Of a stretch of DNA of 64,000 nt, positions 20,092-31,324 are shown in pieces. The DNA is taken from the NCBI GenBank assembly GCA_963674745.2, contig CAXXDV010000003.1, positions 2,368,001 to 2,432,000 of the forward strand, read 5' to 3'. The translations under genes were made by a program, and so were the position numbers. Below the pieces are notes generated by a model. That model searched no databases. It saw only the letters and a list, made by a program, of their open reading frames with translations, and was not told where the DNA came from. Position 1 is the first letter of the stretch. Every line of letters starts with the position of its first letter. This DNA comes from Desulfosudaceae bacterium (lineage in GTDB: Bacteria > Desulfobacterota > Desulfobacteria > Desulfobacterales > Desulfosudaceae).

Positions 20092-21219
20092 ATGTCGAAA
20101 AATTTCATGAGATCTCCGGGCAGAATCATCTTCACCTTTGTTGGTCTGATGATACTCGGCCTGCTGGTTGTGCTGTTTTTACGGCAGCCGGCCCCCGAGC
20201 CCTCCGAGTATCTGTTTGACTATACCATCGGCCCGGCCATTGACCGGATCAAGGAATCAAAAGCGCATATAGCGGCCATAAAAACACAGGCTCAGAAAAA
20301 TGACGGCGCCGATGAAACAAGCGATGCGGCTGTCAGCCCGACTGAAAACCCGTCTTTGTTCAGGGACCTTTTTTCACAAATGATCGTGGGATCGGGAACC
20401 ACCCTCCACTATTTTACCTGGCTGGGGCATGAATACCGTCACGCCGCCTCCCGCGAAGATCACCTGGCTCAGGTCAGAGAGCGCATTTTCTCCCAGTTCC
20501 CTCCCGACGAGGCCGGCCAGTTGTTCGCCAGATATAAGCAATACCTGGACTGTGAAATCGCTGTCGCTGATTTGGTCACCAGGTTCGGGCCGGTCACATC
20601 GACGGAAAAGGGCCTGGCACTGTTAAGAGAAGTTCAGGAATTCCGACGGGATTACCTTGGCCGGGAACTGGCCGACAATCTATTCGGAGAACGGGTTAAA
20701 GAAAAGGAATACAGCGTCCGCCGGACTGCCATTATTAACGACAGCAGCCTGTATGCCGAAGAAAAACAGGAACAGCTGGATCGGCTGACGCAGGACATGT
20801 GGGGCGAATCCGACGCACTTGAATCGTCCTTTCACAAAACAAACGCCTATACCAGATACCGGGAGGCGTTGGCCATCAATCAAAAAGACCTGGATGAGAT
20901 TGACGGAGAAGCCGACCGCCAGGCGGCGATTGACGACATCCGCCATCAGTACCTGTCGCCGGATGCCATAGAGCGCATACAAGCCATGGAGCGGCAGCAG
21001 ACGGAACAACAGCAGCAAGAGCAGGCTTATCATGCGGCTGAAGAGCGGATCAGCGAAGACACAACCCTTTCTGAAGAAGACAAAGCCGAGCAGATCGACC
21101 GTCTTCGACAGGAGATGCTCGGCGACCAGGCCGAGGCCATGAAAAGAAGAGAAACCATTGAAAGTACCAGGCAGAAACGGTTAAGAGAACTCGAATCAGC
21201 GTCCGATCCCGGCCCTTAA
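20092..21219 (+). CDS. Lipase-specific foldase (Lif / lipase chaperone)
   Basis: N-terminal membrane anchor, helical body with LFARYKQYL and RRDYLGRELADNLFG; directly downstream of the lipase. Confidence 0.8.
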   Translation: MSKNFMRSPGRIIFTFVGLMILGLLVVLFLRQPAPEPSEYLFDYTIGPAIDRIKESKAHIAAIKTQAQKNDGADETSDAAVSPTENPSLFRDLFSQMIVGSGTTLHYFTWLGHEYRHAASREDHLAQVRERIFSQFPPDEAGQLFARYKQYLDCEIAVADLVTRFGPVTSTEKGLALLREVQEFRRDYLGRELADNLFGERVKEKEYSVRRTAIINDSSLYAEEKQEQLDRLTQDMWGESDALESSFHKTNAYTRYREALAINQKDLDEIDGEADRQAAIDDIRHQYLSPDAIERIQAMERQQTEQQQQEQAYHAAEERISEDTTLSEEDKAEQIDRLRQEMLGDQAEAMKRRETIESTRQKRLRELESASDPGP

Positions 21220-22713
21220 AAAACAAGCCCCCAGCACAGCCAGCAGAAAAAAGAAAAGCCAGTCGCCCCACCTCGTGTAGACCGTCATTCCCGTTAAACG
21301 TGAAAACGTTCCGGATATACGCCGGGGAACAAACAGGTCGCTTGCGGCCGACAGGCTTCCGTCCGGCGCGATCACGGCGGAAATACCGCTATTTGAGGCC
21401 CGGAGGAGCCACCGCCCGTTCTCCACGGCCCGGGCCCGGGCTGCCTGCAAATGGGCGTGCGGCATGGTTGAATCGCCGAACCAGGAATCGTTGGACACAT
21501 TGACCAGGAACCCGGCACCCTGTTTCACGGATCGTCGGATATATTGCGGGTAAAGAATTTCAAAACAGACGGATATCCCCGCCCTGCCGTGAGGCGTCAT
21601 CAGGCAGGCCGGGTTCGCGCCCGGCAGAAACCGGTCAGGGGCGTTGTAAAAACGAAACAGGGGCCCCATAACCGGTGACCTTTCCGAGTACGGCAGCAGG
21701 ATATGTTTGTCATATCTTTGTAAGGGCTGACCGGCCCCTATCAGGTAAACAGAATTGTATACGCCCTTCTGTTCCCCGTCCTGGTTCAGACCGCCGGCTA
21801 TCAGCAGGTTCTTTTCCCCCAACATCCGTGACAGATCCGCGAAAAACGGACCGGTCAGGGCTTGGGTATGGTTGAGCACGGTTTCCGGCCAGACAATGAC
21901 ACGGCCCTGCTCAGATGCCGGCGATGAACCGCTGAGTTCAATATACGTTTTAAGCCGTTGATAAAAGCCAAGCCCGCCCCAGCGGTCCTCAGGTGAGAAA
22001 TTGCCCTGAACAATAACGGCCTTCACACCCTTTTCGGCTGAAACCAGGGCAGGCATTTGATGGCGTCGGACAGAGCCATAACACACGGGCAGTATAATGA
22101 TCAGGCCCAGCAAAATCAACGCTGCCCTGTACATGCCTGCATCTTGATTTCGTCGGGAGCGCTGATCTGTTTTGGAGCGGTTTTCGATCAGAAAGACCAG
22201 CAGGGCGTTGAACATCACCACCCCAAAAGTCACCAGACGCACGCTCCCGAGATCGGCCACCTGAAAATAGGCGGGCCAGTTTACCAGGGCATAGCCCATG
22301 TCACCCCAGGGAATTAATACGGGAATCATGCCTTTTGCATAATCACCCATCACCCAGAGAGACGGCACCACCAGGGCATAAAAAAAAAGGCCCCGGTTGT
22401 TAAGAAACCGGTAAAAAACAGCAACCAGCAGGTGAATAATCCAGACCGGCAGCATCAGGGCCAGGCAGTAAAAAACCACCGCCGTAATTAAAGGAAGCTG
22501 ATAATGCCCCACCAGCGCATTAAACACCCAGTAGCCCATACTGGAAGAAACGATAATCGAAAACAGGGTAATATGAACAATCGCGGCCGTCCATGTCTTT
22601 GCCCGGTCAAGAGACAGAAACAATGGGAACAGCGCCGCAAAAGAAATCCACCATAATGGATTTACAGAAAAGGTCAGGCCATACAGTATGCCGGACAGGG
22701 ATGCCAGAAGCAT
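21196..22713 (-). CDS. lnt: Apolipoprotein N-acyltransferase
   Basis: Multi-TM N-terminus, VQGN, VWPET, YDKHILLPYSE, VCFEI, SNDSWFG, RAVEN, RASNSGIS. Confidence 0.92.
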   Translation of the reverse strand: MLLASLSGILYGLTFSVNPLWWISFAALFPLFLSLDRAKTWTAAIVHITLFSIIVSSSMGYWVFNALVGHYQLPLITAVVFYCLALMLPVWIIHLLVAVFYRFLNNRGLFFYALVVPSLWVMGDYAKGMIPVLIPWGDMGYALVNWPAYFQVADLGSVRLVTFGVVMFNALLVFLIENRSKTDQRSRRNQDAGMYRAALILLGLIIILPVCYGSVRRHQMPALVSAEKGVKAVIVQGNFSPEDRWGGLGFYQRLKTYIELSGSSPASEQGRVIVWPETVLNHTQALTGPFFADLSRMLGEKNLLIAGGLNQDGEQKGVYNSVYLIGAGQPLQRYDKHILLPYSERSPVMGPLFRFYNAPDRFLPGANPACLMTPHGRAGISVCFEILYPQYIRRSVKQGAGFLVNVSNDSWFGDSTMPHAHLQAARARAVENGRWLLRASNSGISAVIAPDGSLSAASDLFVPRRISGTFSRLTGMTVYTRWGDWLFFFLLAVLGACFLRAGIGR

Positions 22714-22894
22714 TATCTTCAGGTCCTCTTTGAGAAGAGGTTAACAACCGGCGGAAGCCCCCGTAAAACCCTTCCGGGAGGCAGGTCCGGGTTTTTCCGG
22801 CGCCATGAAATTTTCAGCCTGCGACTATACTTACATACAAAATATTTTTCAGGGTGACAACCGGAAGGAATGAAATGAGCAGGAGGAAAACAAA

Positions 22895-24622
22895 TTACGG
22901 TCTTGAACGCATCGCCATAAAGTTCTTCACAATTTCAGTCATGGTTTGCGCAAGTGGCCCGAGTTCGTCTTTTTTGACCTTGTCCAGCGTGTCCTGTTCA
23001 TCAAGCAGGTAATACGGATTGCTGATCCATGAGATGACGGGGATCCGGGGCAGACCGACGGCCTCGGCGCCGGCGACATAACCGCCCACATCTGAAAAAG
23101 GAATCCAGTAATACGCAGGTAGGGAAACCGCCCGTTTGGCCGGTTTCCTGTCCATGGCCTTTGATAAGGCGGCCACCACCCTGGGGTTTTCTTCGGTCCA
23201 TATGATAGAGGGGGCGACCAGCCCGGTCTCTTTATATTCTCCCCGGTCCTCGACAACCTCTTTGGCGGCCATATGCTCAAGGTTCATCACCACCCAGGTG
23301 TTTTTCATGATTTCGGGGTGATCATAAGCGAAAGAATAGCCACCCCATCCGGAATACAGGTGCCCGGCCGCAGCCACAAACACGAGCGTCTTGGGCCTTT
23401 TGTACTGCGGCACCTGGGCCCAGGCCCAGGCCTGTGAAAACACCTGCGTAATGCCGGTGGCGTCTTCCGTAGCGCCCCGAAAGGCGCTGTCCTGATGACT
23501 GCAGATAATTATAGTATCATCCGATTGCCCGGGCAGAACACCCCAGACATTGCGCATATAACCGGGATCTATGGTTCCGGTTAAAACCAGCCTGGCGGTT
23601 TTTTTCTGCATGGCCAGGCGGCGCATCTTGATGGCATCGTACTTTCCGACCCATACCGCAGGAAGCGGTTTCATTGTATCGTCATAACCCGCATACTGGG
23701 AATTATACTTGGATGGTTTGTTGGCCAGCAGCAGGACCACCCCTTTTGCCCCGTGTTCAACGGCCGAGTCATAGACACTCCAGAGGCTCTTTATCGGAAT
23801 TTCCGACCCCGCGGGGGCCCATCCCGGTTCCTCTGCCCAGAGATTCGTGTAGATAAACGTTAAAAACTGGCCGGTAAAAAAATTGATGGTATTTCCCGGA
23901 TCTGAAATAAAAAAGTTGGAGTTGGGGATGCTCAGCAAGGCGCCGCTGGGCAGGTAGGGCAGAAGCACCTCCACAACAGCGATTTTACCGTTGACGTCCA
24001 CCCTGTCAAAATCTCCCGGCAGCCCCAGCCCCACATAGGCCAATGGCGCCGTTACGCCGGCCGTATCCGTGAAGCCGGTATTCAGATAGAAAAAACAGGG
24101 GATGTCATCCCCGTCGACCGTCAGGGACCAGGATGAGGGCTTCCAGGCATCAATATCGATCGATTGCATACTGACATTTTCAAGACCGAATTCCGTAAAT
24201 TTGTCGGCAATCCATTGCTCTGCCGCATGGCCGCCCGGGCTGCCGGGGCGGCGATTTTCCCACTGGCACAAACCCTCGATCCAGGAATAAATCTGCCCAT
24301 TGTCCGGCGTGGGAACCGTCTCCCGGAAACGGGGTATAAAGATTTTCATCAGGGCCGCGGACAGCTTTATCCTGGGGACATCGATCCAGGTGCCGATAAA
24401 GTGCGTCGCCATATCGACCAGGCCGTTCACCACACCCTCATTTCCCTGAACCAGCGCATCAAGATCGGCCTCGGCCTGGTTCTCCATCTCCTGGGTGACG
24501 GCAATTGTTCCTTGGGCCCGCACAGCCGAGGGCATGTCAGAACAGATCAAAAGAATGCCCGGCAGCAGAACCACGGTGATAAGTAAGCGAAAAAATTTGT
24601 GATTAAAAAAATCCGGCTTCAT
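22895..24622 (-). CDS. Secreted M28-like peptidase with PA domain
   Basis: Signal peptide, RRPGSPG, PA-like segment, NVWGVLPG, SHQDS, GATEDATG, DTLDKV. Confidence 0.75.
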   Translation of the reverse strand: MKPDFFNHKFFRLLITVVLLPGILLICSDMPSAVRAQGTIAVTQEMENQAEADLDALVQGNEGVVNGLVDMATHFIGTWIDVPRIKLSAALMKIFIPRFRETVPTPDNGQIYSWIEGLCQWENRRPGSPGGHAAEQWIADKFTEFGLENVSMQSIDIDAWKPSSWSLTVDGDDIPCFFYLNTGFTDTAGVTAPLAYVGLGLPGDFDRVDVNGKIAVVEVLLPYLPSGALLSIPNSNFFISDPGNTINFFTGQFLTFIYTNLWAEEPGWAPAGSEIPIKSLWSVYDSAVEHGAKGVVLLLANKPSKYNSQYAGYDDTMKPLPAVWVGKYDAIKMRRLAMQKKTARLVLTGTIDPGYMRNVWGVLPGQSDDTIIICSHQDSAFRGATEDATGITQVFSQAWAWAQVPQYKRPKTLVFVAAAGHLYSGWGGYSFAYDHPEIMKNTWVVMNLEHMAAKEVVEDRGEYKETGLVAPSIIWTEENPRVVAALSKAMDRKPAKRAVSLPAYYWIPFSDVGGYVAGAEAVGLPRIPVISWISNPYYLLDEQDTLDKVKKDELGPLAQTMTEIVKNFMAMRSRP

Positions 24623-24906
24623 GTCCCCTCCCCTTTTATGTACTTATTGAAAAAACTTTACAGCAGGATCCGGCCTCTTGTCACCTCGTATTAAGAAAAA
24701 AAGCGGCGCCCGGCGGAAAAACCATTTTTATAATAAAAACAATTATTAACAATGAAATTAACGCCGCAGCGGACAACCCATCCGGCGTTTTCCTCAGGTT
24801 TTGAATTGTGACCTGATTTTAGATTCAACTTGTGGCAGGAACCAAAATCTGCATAAAATAAAAAAAGCAGGCATGATTGCTGATCAAAAAGCCAGGGGGT
24901 CGGAAA

Positions 24907-25725
24907 ATGGGGAAAAGCGAATACATCAAACCACGCAAAAAGCCGATTCAAAAAAGATCCAAAGAAACGGTCGACGCCATTTATGAGGCCGCTCTGCAGC
25001 TTTTCACCACCCGGGGTTACAGGGAGACAACAACCGATAAAATCGCCGAACGGGCGGGGGTGTCTATCGGGACCCTGTACCAGTATTTTCCCAACAAGGA
25101 ATCGATCCTCGTTGACATGTGGGAGCAGGTGTTTGATGCGGTTGTTATCGGCGGCACCACCCTCTCGCTTTCCAGGCCCGAAATCGTGGATGAAATGGAA
25201 AAGGCGCATGAGTCCGACCTGTCCGATGCCCTTGCGTCCCACCCGTTCCAGTGCGACGGAATCAACTACATGGAAGGCATTACCGGCCTGTATTCGGGTG
25301 ACCTGAGCGGTACTGTGGGGGGATCGTTTTTCAACATAAAACACGAATTCAAGGTTCACAGCACCTGGGTCTTTGATGTGGGGAAAGAGCACCTGAAGCT
25401 TGATATCGAAGATTTACCGATACTCAATAAAATATCGGGAAAAGGAACGGTCGATCCCCGGACCGGCCTGTCCAGGATGGTTTTCAAAGTGCCCATTCTG
25501 GGAAAAATGCCGGGAACCGGCCGGATTGACGGCGATAAGAACATGTCTTTTCATATTTCCCGGGTTGACTTTTTATGGTCCGGGCACCTGGCGGAAGACG
25601 GTTCCGTCACAGGCACCTGGGGATTTGACTTCACTTTTGTTTTCGCCAGAATGTACGCCAAAGGGAACATGGCCGGGGCGCTGCTTGATCAGTCAATTGA
25701 GAATATAGCTCTGGAATCGGCTTAG
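24907..25725 (+). CDS. TetR-family HTH fused to an atypical C-terminal domain
   Basis: PIQKRSKETVDAI..TTTDKIAERAGVSIGTLYQYFPNKESIL, then a Gly/aromatic beta-like C-terminus. Confidence 0.8.
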   Translation: MGKSEYIKPRKKPIQKRSKETVDAIYEAALQLFTTRGYRETTTDKIAERAGVSIGTLYQYFPNKESILVDMWEQVFDAVVIGGTTLSLSRPEIVDEMEKAHESDLSDALASHPFQCDGINYMEGITGLYSGDLSGTVGGSFFNIKHEFKVHSTWVFDVGKEHLKLDIEDLPILNKISGKGTVDPRTGLSRMVFKVPILGKMPGTGRIDGDKNMSFHISRVDFLWSGHLAEDGSVTGTWGFDFTFVFARMYAKGNMAGALLDQSIENIALESA

Positions 25726-25775
25726 TACAGCAAGCCTTGTCATGCCCCGTCAGGATTATCCTTTAGAGATACCCG

Positions 25776-28700
25776 TTACATGCCTCTGCGGTATTTTCCC
25801 CCAACCTCATACAAGGCGCCGGTAATCTGGCCCAAAGAGCAGCAGCGGACGGTATTCATCAACTCGGCAAAAATATTTTCACCGGCCAGAACGGTTTTCT
25901 TAAGCTGATCCAACGCCTGCGGGGCCTGATCTTTATGCCGCTGCTGAAAATCCTGCAGGCGATCCAGCTGGGACTGTTTTTCTTCTTCGGTGGCCCGGGC
26001 CAGTTCCAGATCAGCCGTTTCTTCGGCCGATCCGTCGGGATTGACAAAGGTATTGACGCCGACGATGGGATGCTCACCGGTATGTTTACGGTATTCGTAA
26101 TAAATGGATTCTTCCTGGATGCGGGACCGCTGGTACCCGGTTTCCATGGCACCCAGTACGCCCCCACGTGAGGTGATGCGGTCAAACTCGGCCAGCACTG
26201 CTTCTTCGACCAGGTCGGTCAGCTCTTCGGCAATAAAACTGCCCTGGAGCGGATTTTCGTTTTTGGCCAGCCCCCACTCTTTGTTGATAATCTGCTGAAT
26301 GGCCAGGGCCCGGCGCACGGATTCCGTGCTGGGCGTGGTAATGGCCTCGTCATAGGCATTGGTGTGCAGGCTGTTGCAGTTGTCATACACGGCACACAGG
26401 GCCTGCAGGGTGGTGCGGATATCGTTGAACTGGATATCCTGCATGTGCAAAGAGCGGCCCGAGGTCTGAATGTGATATTTGAGCATCTGGGAGCGCGGCG
26501 AACCCTTGTATTTTTCCCGAAGGGCAACAGCCCAGATACGCCGGGCCACCCGGCCGATGACCGTGTATTCCGGATCCATGCCGTTGGAAAAGAAAAAGGA
26601 AAAGTTGGGCGCGAAACTGTCCAGGGGCATCCCCCGGGACAGGTAATATTCCAGGTAGGTAAAGCCATTGGCCAGGGTCAGGGCCAGCTGGGTAATGGGA
26701 TTGGCCCCGGCTTCGGCAATATGGTAGCCGGAAATGGACACGGAATAAAAATTGCGCACGTTGTTGTTAATAAAAAAGTCCTGGATATCGCCCATCATTT
26801 TCAGGGCAAACTCGATGGAAAAAATACAGGTATTCTGCCCCTGGTCTTCTTTTAAGATATCGGCCTGAACCGTCCCCCGGATATTGGCCAGCACGTCCGC
26901 CCGGACCGACGCCAGCTCTTCGCCGGTCAGCTGGCGCTTCTTTTCTTGCGCCAGTTTCTCCGCCTGCTGATCAATAGCGGCATTTAAAAACATGGCCAGC
27001 ATGATCGGGGCCGGGCCGTTGATGGTCATGGACACCGAGTTGTTGGGCGCGCACAGATCAAAACCGCCGTAGAGGACTTTCACATCATCCAGGGTGCAGA
27101 CGCTGACGCCGGAGGTACCGATCTTGCCGTAGATGTCCGGCCGGGTATCCGGGTCGTATCCGTATAGGGTAACCGAATCAAAAGCCGTGGACAACCGTTT
27201 GGCTGCCGAGTCCGCGGACAAAAGTTTAAACCGGCGGTTGGTCCTGGCCGGGTCACCCTCGCCGGCAAACATGCGGGTGGGGTCCTCGCCCACCCGTTTT
27301 AACGGGAAAACCCCGGCGGTATAAGGGAAAAACCCCGGCAGGTTTTCCCGGCGCAGCCAGGTATAGGTCTGGCCGGGATCGCTGTAGTCCGGCAGAGACA
27401 GCTTGGAAATCCGGGTGCCGGACAACGACCGGGTGGACAGGGGCAGGCGGATCTCGTTGTCCCTGACCTTGTAAACCAGTTCATCACCACCGTAGGATTG
27501 ACATGCCGTTTTCCACTGTTCCAGTGTTTTCCGGGTATCCTCATCAACCGACTGCCGGGCGGCATCCAGCAGGCTGTCCAGTTCCGAATCCGTGGCATCG
27601 ATGCCGTTTTGGGCCAGCGCCTGTTTCGTTTCCACCAGGTGCCATTCCCGACGCAAAGCATCGGCCTGCTGTCCGGTCTGGTGATGATAGTTGCGAATGG
27701 TATCGGCAATCTCCGACAGGTAACGAACGCGTTCGGTGGGGATGATAATCGAGCGGGCAGAAGAAGCATTGGTTTCCGGGCAGGCCAGAGAGGTTTCGAA
27801 CCCCACGCCGGTCTTTTCCCGGACTGTATCAAGCAGCCTGTGATACAGGGCAGTCACCCCATCGTCATTGAACTTGGAAGCAATCGTACCGAAAGCCGGC
27901 ATCTGCTCGGGCGGGGTATCAAAGGCTTTCCGGTTGCGTTGCATCTGCTTGCGCACATCCCGCAAGGCGTCTTCCGAGCCCTGTTTTTCAAATTTATTGA
28001 CCACCACAATATCGGCAAAATCGAGCATGTCGATTTTTTCCAGCTGGGATGCCGCCCCGAACTCGCTGGTCATGACATAAACACAGACATCGGCCAGATC
28101 GACGATATTGGAATCCCCCTGGCCGATGCCGGCTGTTTCCACAATGACCAGGTCATACCCGGCCGCTTTTACCGCCGCGATGGTCTCGGGCATGGCCGAC
28201 GGAATTTCCGAATGCGAACGCCGGGTGGCCAGGCTCCGCATATACACCCGGGGGCTGTCGATGGCATTCATGCGAATGCGGTCGCCCAGCAGAGCCCCCC
28301 CGGTTTTGCGCCGGGAAGGATCGGCGCAGATGACCGCCAGGTGGGTATCGCCGGGGTCCATTAGAAAACGCAGAATCAATTCATCGGTCAGCGATGATTT
28401 ACCGGCCCCGCCGGTACCTGTCACGCCGATGACCGGCACTACCCGGTCACCGGTTTTTTCAGCAAGCGCCCGGCGGATTTTTTCGATGGACCCGTCTCCC
28501 GCTTCTTCGGCCTCCCGTACCTGTGAAATCAGGCGGGCCACGGCAACCACGTTTTCCGTCGACAGGCTGTCCACTTCAACCGGATGGTCCCCGACCGTTG
28601 AAAAATCCATGGTCTCTACCATATTATTGATAATTCCCTGCAAGCCCAAGCGGGCACCGTCATCCGGCGAATATATTTTGGTCACGCCGCAGCACTCCAG

Positions 28701-29036
28701 TTCCCGGATCTCCTGCGGTACGATGACCCCGCCACCGCCGCCGAACACTTTGATGTGAGGCGCGCCATGGTCCTTGAGCAGTTCAATGATATACTTGAAA
28801 AATTCCATGTGACCGCCCTGGTAGCTGGATACCGCAATACCCTGGGCGTCTTCTTCCACGGCCGCCCGGACAATTTCCACTGCCGACCGGTTATGGCCGA
28901 GGTGGATGACTTCCACCCCGGTGTCCTGAAGAATGCGTCGCATGATGTTGATGGAGGCGTCATGGCCGTCAAACAGGGATGTGGCGGTGACGACCCGGAT
29001 GTGGTGTCTGGGCTGATAGGTTTCTGTCTGCTGCAT
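25776..29036 (-). CDS. icmF: Fused isobutyryl-CoA mutase / MeaB-like GTPase
   Basis: 1086 aa with B12-binding [15 protein letters not shown] GTPase and a mutase domain ([30 protein letters not shown]). Confidence 0.97.
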   Translation of the reverse strand: MQQTETYQPRHHIRVVTATSLFDGHDASINIMRRILQDTGVEVIHLGHNRSAVEIVRAAVEEDAQGIAVSSYQGGHMEFFKYIIELLKDHGAPHIKVFGGGGGVIVPQEIRELECCGVTKIYSPDDGARLGLQGIINNMVETMDFSTVGDHPVEVDSLSTENVVAVARLISQVREAEEAGDGSIEKIRRALAEKTGDRVVPVIGVTGTGGAGKSSLTDELILRFLMDPGDTHLAVICADPSRRKTGGALLGDRIRMNAIDSPRVYMRSLATRRSHSEIPSAMPETIAAVKAAGYDLVIVETAGIGQGDSNIVDLADVCVYVMTSEFGAASQLEKIDMLDFADIVVVNKFEKQGSEDALRDVRKQMQRNRKAFDTPPEQMPAFGTIASKFNDDGVTALYHRLLDTVREKTGVGFETSLACPETNASSARSIIIPTERVRYLSEIADTIRNYHHQTGQQADALRREWHLVETKQALAQNGIDATDSELDSLLDAARQSVDEDTRKTLEQWKTACQSYGGDELVYKVRDNEIRLPLSTRSLSGTRISKLSLPDYSDPGQTYTWLRRENLPGFFPYTAGVFPLKRVGEDPTRMFAGEGDPARTNRRFKLLSADSAAKRLSTAFDSVTLYGYDPDTRPDIYGKIGTSGVSVCTLDDVKVLYGGFDLCAPNNSVSMTINGPAPIMLAMFLNAAIDQQAEKLAQEKKRQLTGEELASVRADVLANIRGTVQADILKEDQGQNTCIFSIEFALKMMGDIQDFFINNNVRNFYSVSISGYHIAEAGANPITQLALTLANGFTYLEYYLSRGMPLDSFAPNFSFFFSNGMDPEYTVIGRVARRIWAVALREKYKGSPRSQMLKYHIQTSGRSLHMQDIQFNDIRTTLQALCAVYDNCNSLHTNAYDEAITTPSTESVRRALAIQQIINKEWGLAKNENPLQGSFIAEELTDLVEEAVLAEFDRITSRGGVLGAMETGYQRSRIQEESIYYEYRKHTGEHPIVGVNTFVNPDGSAEETADLELARATEEEKQSQLDRLQDFQQRHKDQAPQALDQLKKTVLAGENIFAELMNTVRCCSLGQITGALYEVGGKYRRGM

Positions 29037-29085
29037 TTCTGATCCTCTTTTTTTGGGTAGCTGAATATTTAATATAGTTTTAATT

Positions 29086-29742
29086 CTATTTTATTCCGTC
29101 TCCTGTAAATGCCCCCAGGATGTTTTCCGTCTGAAAAGCGATATATTCTTCCAGGGTGTAGTGCCGGCGGTAAAACCAGCGGCGGAACGCCCAGGCATGG
29201 CCCATCACCGCGATGTTGTGAGCCACCAGGTCAATACGGCGGCTGTCAACGCCCTTGACTTCACCGGCGGCCACGATCTTTTCCAGCAGGGCCTTGAAGA
29301 TGCCGGTCACCCGGGTCTCGTTTTCCAGCACCCGGGTCATCCATTTTTGCGGCAGAAACTGGGTCACCTGGTAAATCAGCAGAATATGATCGCTCATCCG
29401 GTCGCAGGCGGTAAAATAGCCGCGCACGGCCTGGCGAACGGTTTCTAAAACCGGTTGGTGGTGTGACAGCACCTCGTCCACATACCGTTCCATCTCGGCA
29501 TGGATGGCGTCACACACCAGGTAGAGGATATCCTCCTTGGTAGAGACGTATTCATACAAACTGCCGATGGACATGCCCGTAGCCCGGGCGATCTGACGGG
29601 TGGTGGTCTTGTGAAAGCCGTTGGCCACGAACAGGGCCACCGAGGCATCCACAATCTGCCGCCGGCGCCTGTTGACCAGGTCCTTGTCCTTTACCTCGGT
29701 CGGCACTTCGTGTCTGTTTTTGGGGCTTTCCGCCATTATCAT
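29086..29742 (-). CDS. TetR/AcrR-family regulator upstream of icmF
   Basis: [38 protein letters not shown]. Confidence 0.92.
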   Translation of the reverse strand: MIMAESPKNRHEVPTEVKDKDLVNRRRRQIVDASVALFVANGFHKTTTRQIARATGMSIGSLYEYVSTKEDILYLVCDAIHAEMERYVDEVLSHHQPVLETVRQAVRGYFTACDRMSDHILLIYQVTQFLPQKWMTRVLENETRVTGIFKALLEKIVAAGEVKGVDSRRIDLVAHNIAVMGHAWAFRRWFYRRHYTLEEYIAFQTENILGAFTGDGIK

Positions 29743-29813
29743 TCCAGCTTTTTAAACGTTAATCACGCTCGCAGGCGATACATCCGCCGGGCCAAAATTC
29801 ACCACACAACAAA

Positions 29814-29831
29814 ACTGAGCGAGCGCTCAGT
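29814..29831. promoter_or_regulatory. Palindromic TetR operator candidate
   Basis: ACTGAGCG-AG-CGCTCAGT, perfect 8-bp arms, ~70 bp upstream of the TetR-icmF unit. Confidence 0.65.
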
Positions 29832-29957
29832 CATATGTACAACAAACGTGACTCTCGAGTCAATAAAAATTTGCCTTTTTCATGTCGGATTTTTTTTAAT
29901 GCCGCCAACCCGAGGATTCTACCTTTCGGACGAATTATAATGGCTTCCCCGATAAAA

Positions 29958-30068
29958 GGACACCCACAGGGGGTGCCCCTACGAGCCTCGGAGGACGTTC
30001 ATACATATTGTAGGGGCAGGCCCCCGTGCCTGCCCTGATGAAGGGCAACCATGGGGGTCTGCCTCTGC
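29958..30068. repeat. GTAG-type REP cluster
   Basis: GGACACCC..GGGTGCCC-CTAC (29958-29982), GTAG-GGGCAGGC..GCCTGCCC (30010-30035) and a degenerate inverted copy to ~30068. Confidence 0.75.
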
Positions 30069-30122
30069 GGGTCGTGGACGGCGTCCATGAAATCGGAATA
30101 AAAGGAGGTTTTTTGAAGTGCC

Positions 30123-31235
30123 CTACAACATAAGGCTGATGCTGGCCACGGCCTGAAGATAGATTTTCTGTTCAACGTAGCTTTTGCCGGGATTACCGGT
30201 GATGGCCAGGTCAAATTTGAAATGACTGAAGACGAACCCGGCCCCGATGGTTGCACCGAACTTGGGGCTTGGCAGATCGTTTCGGATATTGCCCAGGGAT
30301 GTGGTCCGGGCAATCACCGGAATGATCAGCGCGGCCCGCAGAAACGTATGGTCCAGGACCTGCTTTTCCATCCCTGCCCGGATCATCCAGAATTCAATTT
30401 TCTTTTTCTCTTGTCCGCCGAAATGGCCGTAAATAAATTCCTGGTCACACGTGAACAGCCAGGTGTCTTGTTGCACAGCCACTGCCAGGGTGGTAATCAG
30501 CGGCATGGAAAACCGGGTCTGGGAATTTTTTTCGGTTTTTGTCCGTTCATATCCGGATTTATGCAGATCAACCAGATTTTTGGTCATCAGGCCGATGGTG
30601 ATGTCGGGGGTTGCCTGCCAGAGAAGGCCGGCATCCAGGGTAGTATAGTCCAGACCGACCTGCCGTAAATCCTCATACGGGCGCCCGGCCCGGCAGAAAT
30701 CGGTCTGTCATTTCACCTTGACAAATGAGACGCCCCAGGCGAGGCGGTCATAATACGGCAACCGGCCGGCAACAGAAAACCGGTAATCGAATGTGTCTGA
30801 TTTTATTTGTCCGGAATAGGTCTCATCGACATCGATCATGCTCAAATCCAGCAGGTGGGCGGGATAACCGCTCCAGTCCTCCTGCCCGCTGTCGCCGTCA
30901 AAATGCAGCCGCACAAACCGTCCCACGCCAAAGGTCAACGGGAAATCTTCCCCCGGACGGACGACCAGGCTGAAGGCCTCATCCGTATCCGGACAGCCGG
31001 CTGACACAAAAAGCTGGCTGGTCTTCATGCGGGCCATGCCGGCCGGGTTCCAGAACAGGGCCGAACCGTCATCGGCCACGGCCGAAAAAGCCCCGCCCAA
31101 ACCGATGGCCCGGGCCCCCACCCCAAGCCCCAGGTCAGACCCGGACAAGGCGTCAAAGTCCACATCATCGGCCATGACCGGACCGGCCAGAAGACACAAG
31201 ACTACAATTGTTTTTAAAAGAATTGAATCGGGCAT
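30123..31235 (-). CDS. PorV/FadL-like outer-membrane beta-barrel with one in-frame TGA (putative selenocysteine at codon 176)
   Basis: ORFs 30708-31235 and 30123-30587 are in the same frame and separated only by TGA at 30710-30708. Signal peptide and GVGARAIGLGGAFSAVADDGSALFWNPAG present; readthrough gives 370 aa with U-QTDF-C. Confidence 0.72.
30651..30707 (-). promoter_or_regulatory. SECIS-like hairpin immediately 3' of the in-frame UGA
   Basis: mRNA UGA-CAGACCGA-UUU-CUGCCG-(25 nt)-CGGCAG-G-UCGGUCUG: an 8-bp plus a 6-bp stem starting at the first base after UGA. Confidence 0.6.
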
Positions 31236-31324
31236 TTAAGAAGGCCCTTTGTATAAGGGACCCAGCCTGCCGCCGTTCAGCACGCCGGCTTTTTATAATC
31301 AATCAATGAAGAAGAGGATTTTCC

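Noticed and set aside
22714..22806. Longer N-terminus for lnt from ATG 22806
   Set aside because: An in-frame TAA intervenes, and ATG 22713 has its own GAGGA RBS.
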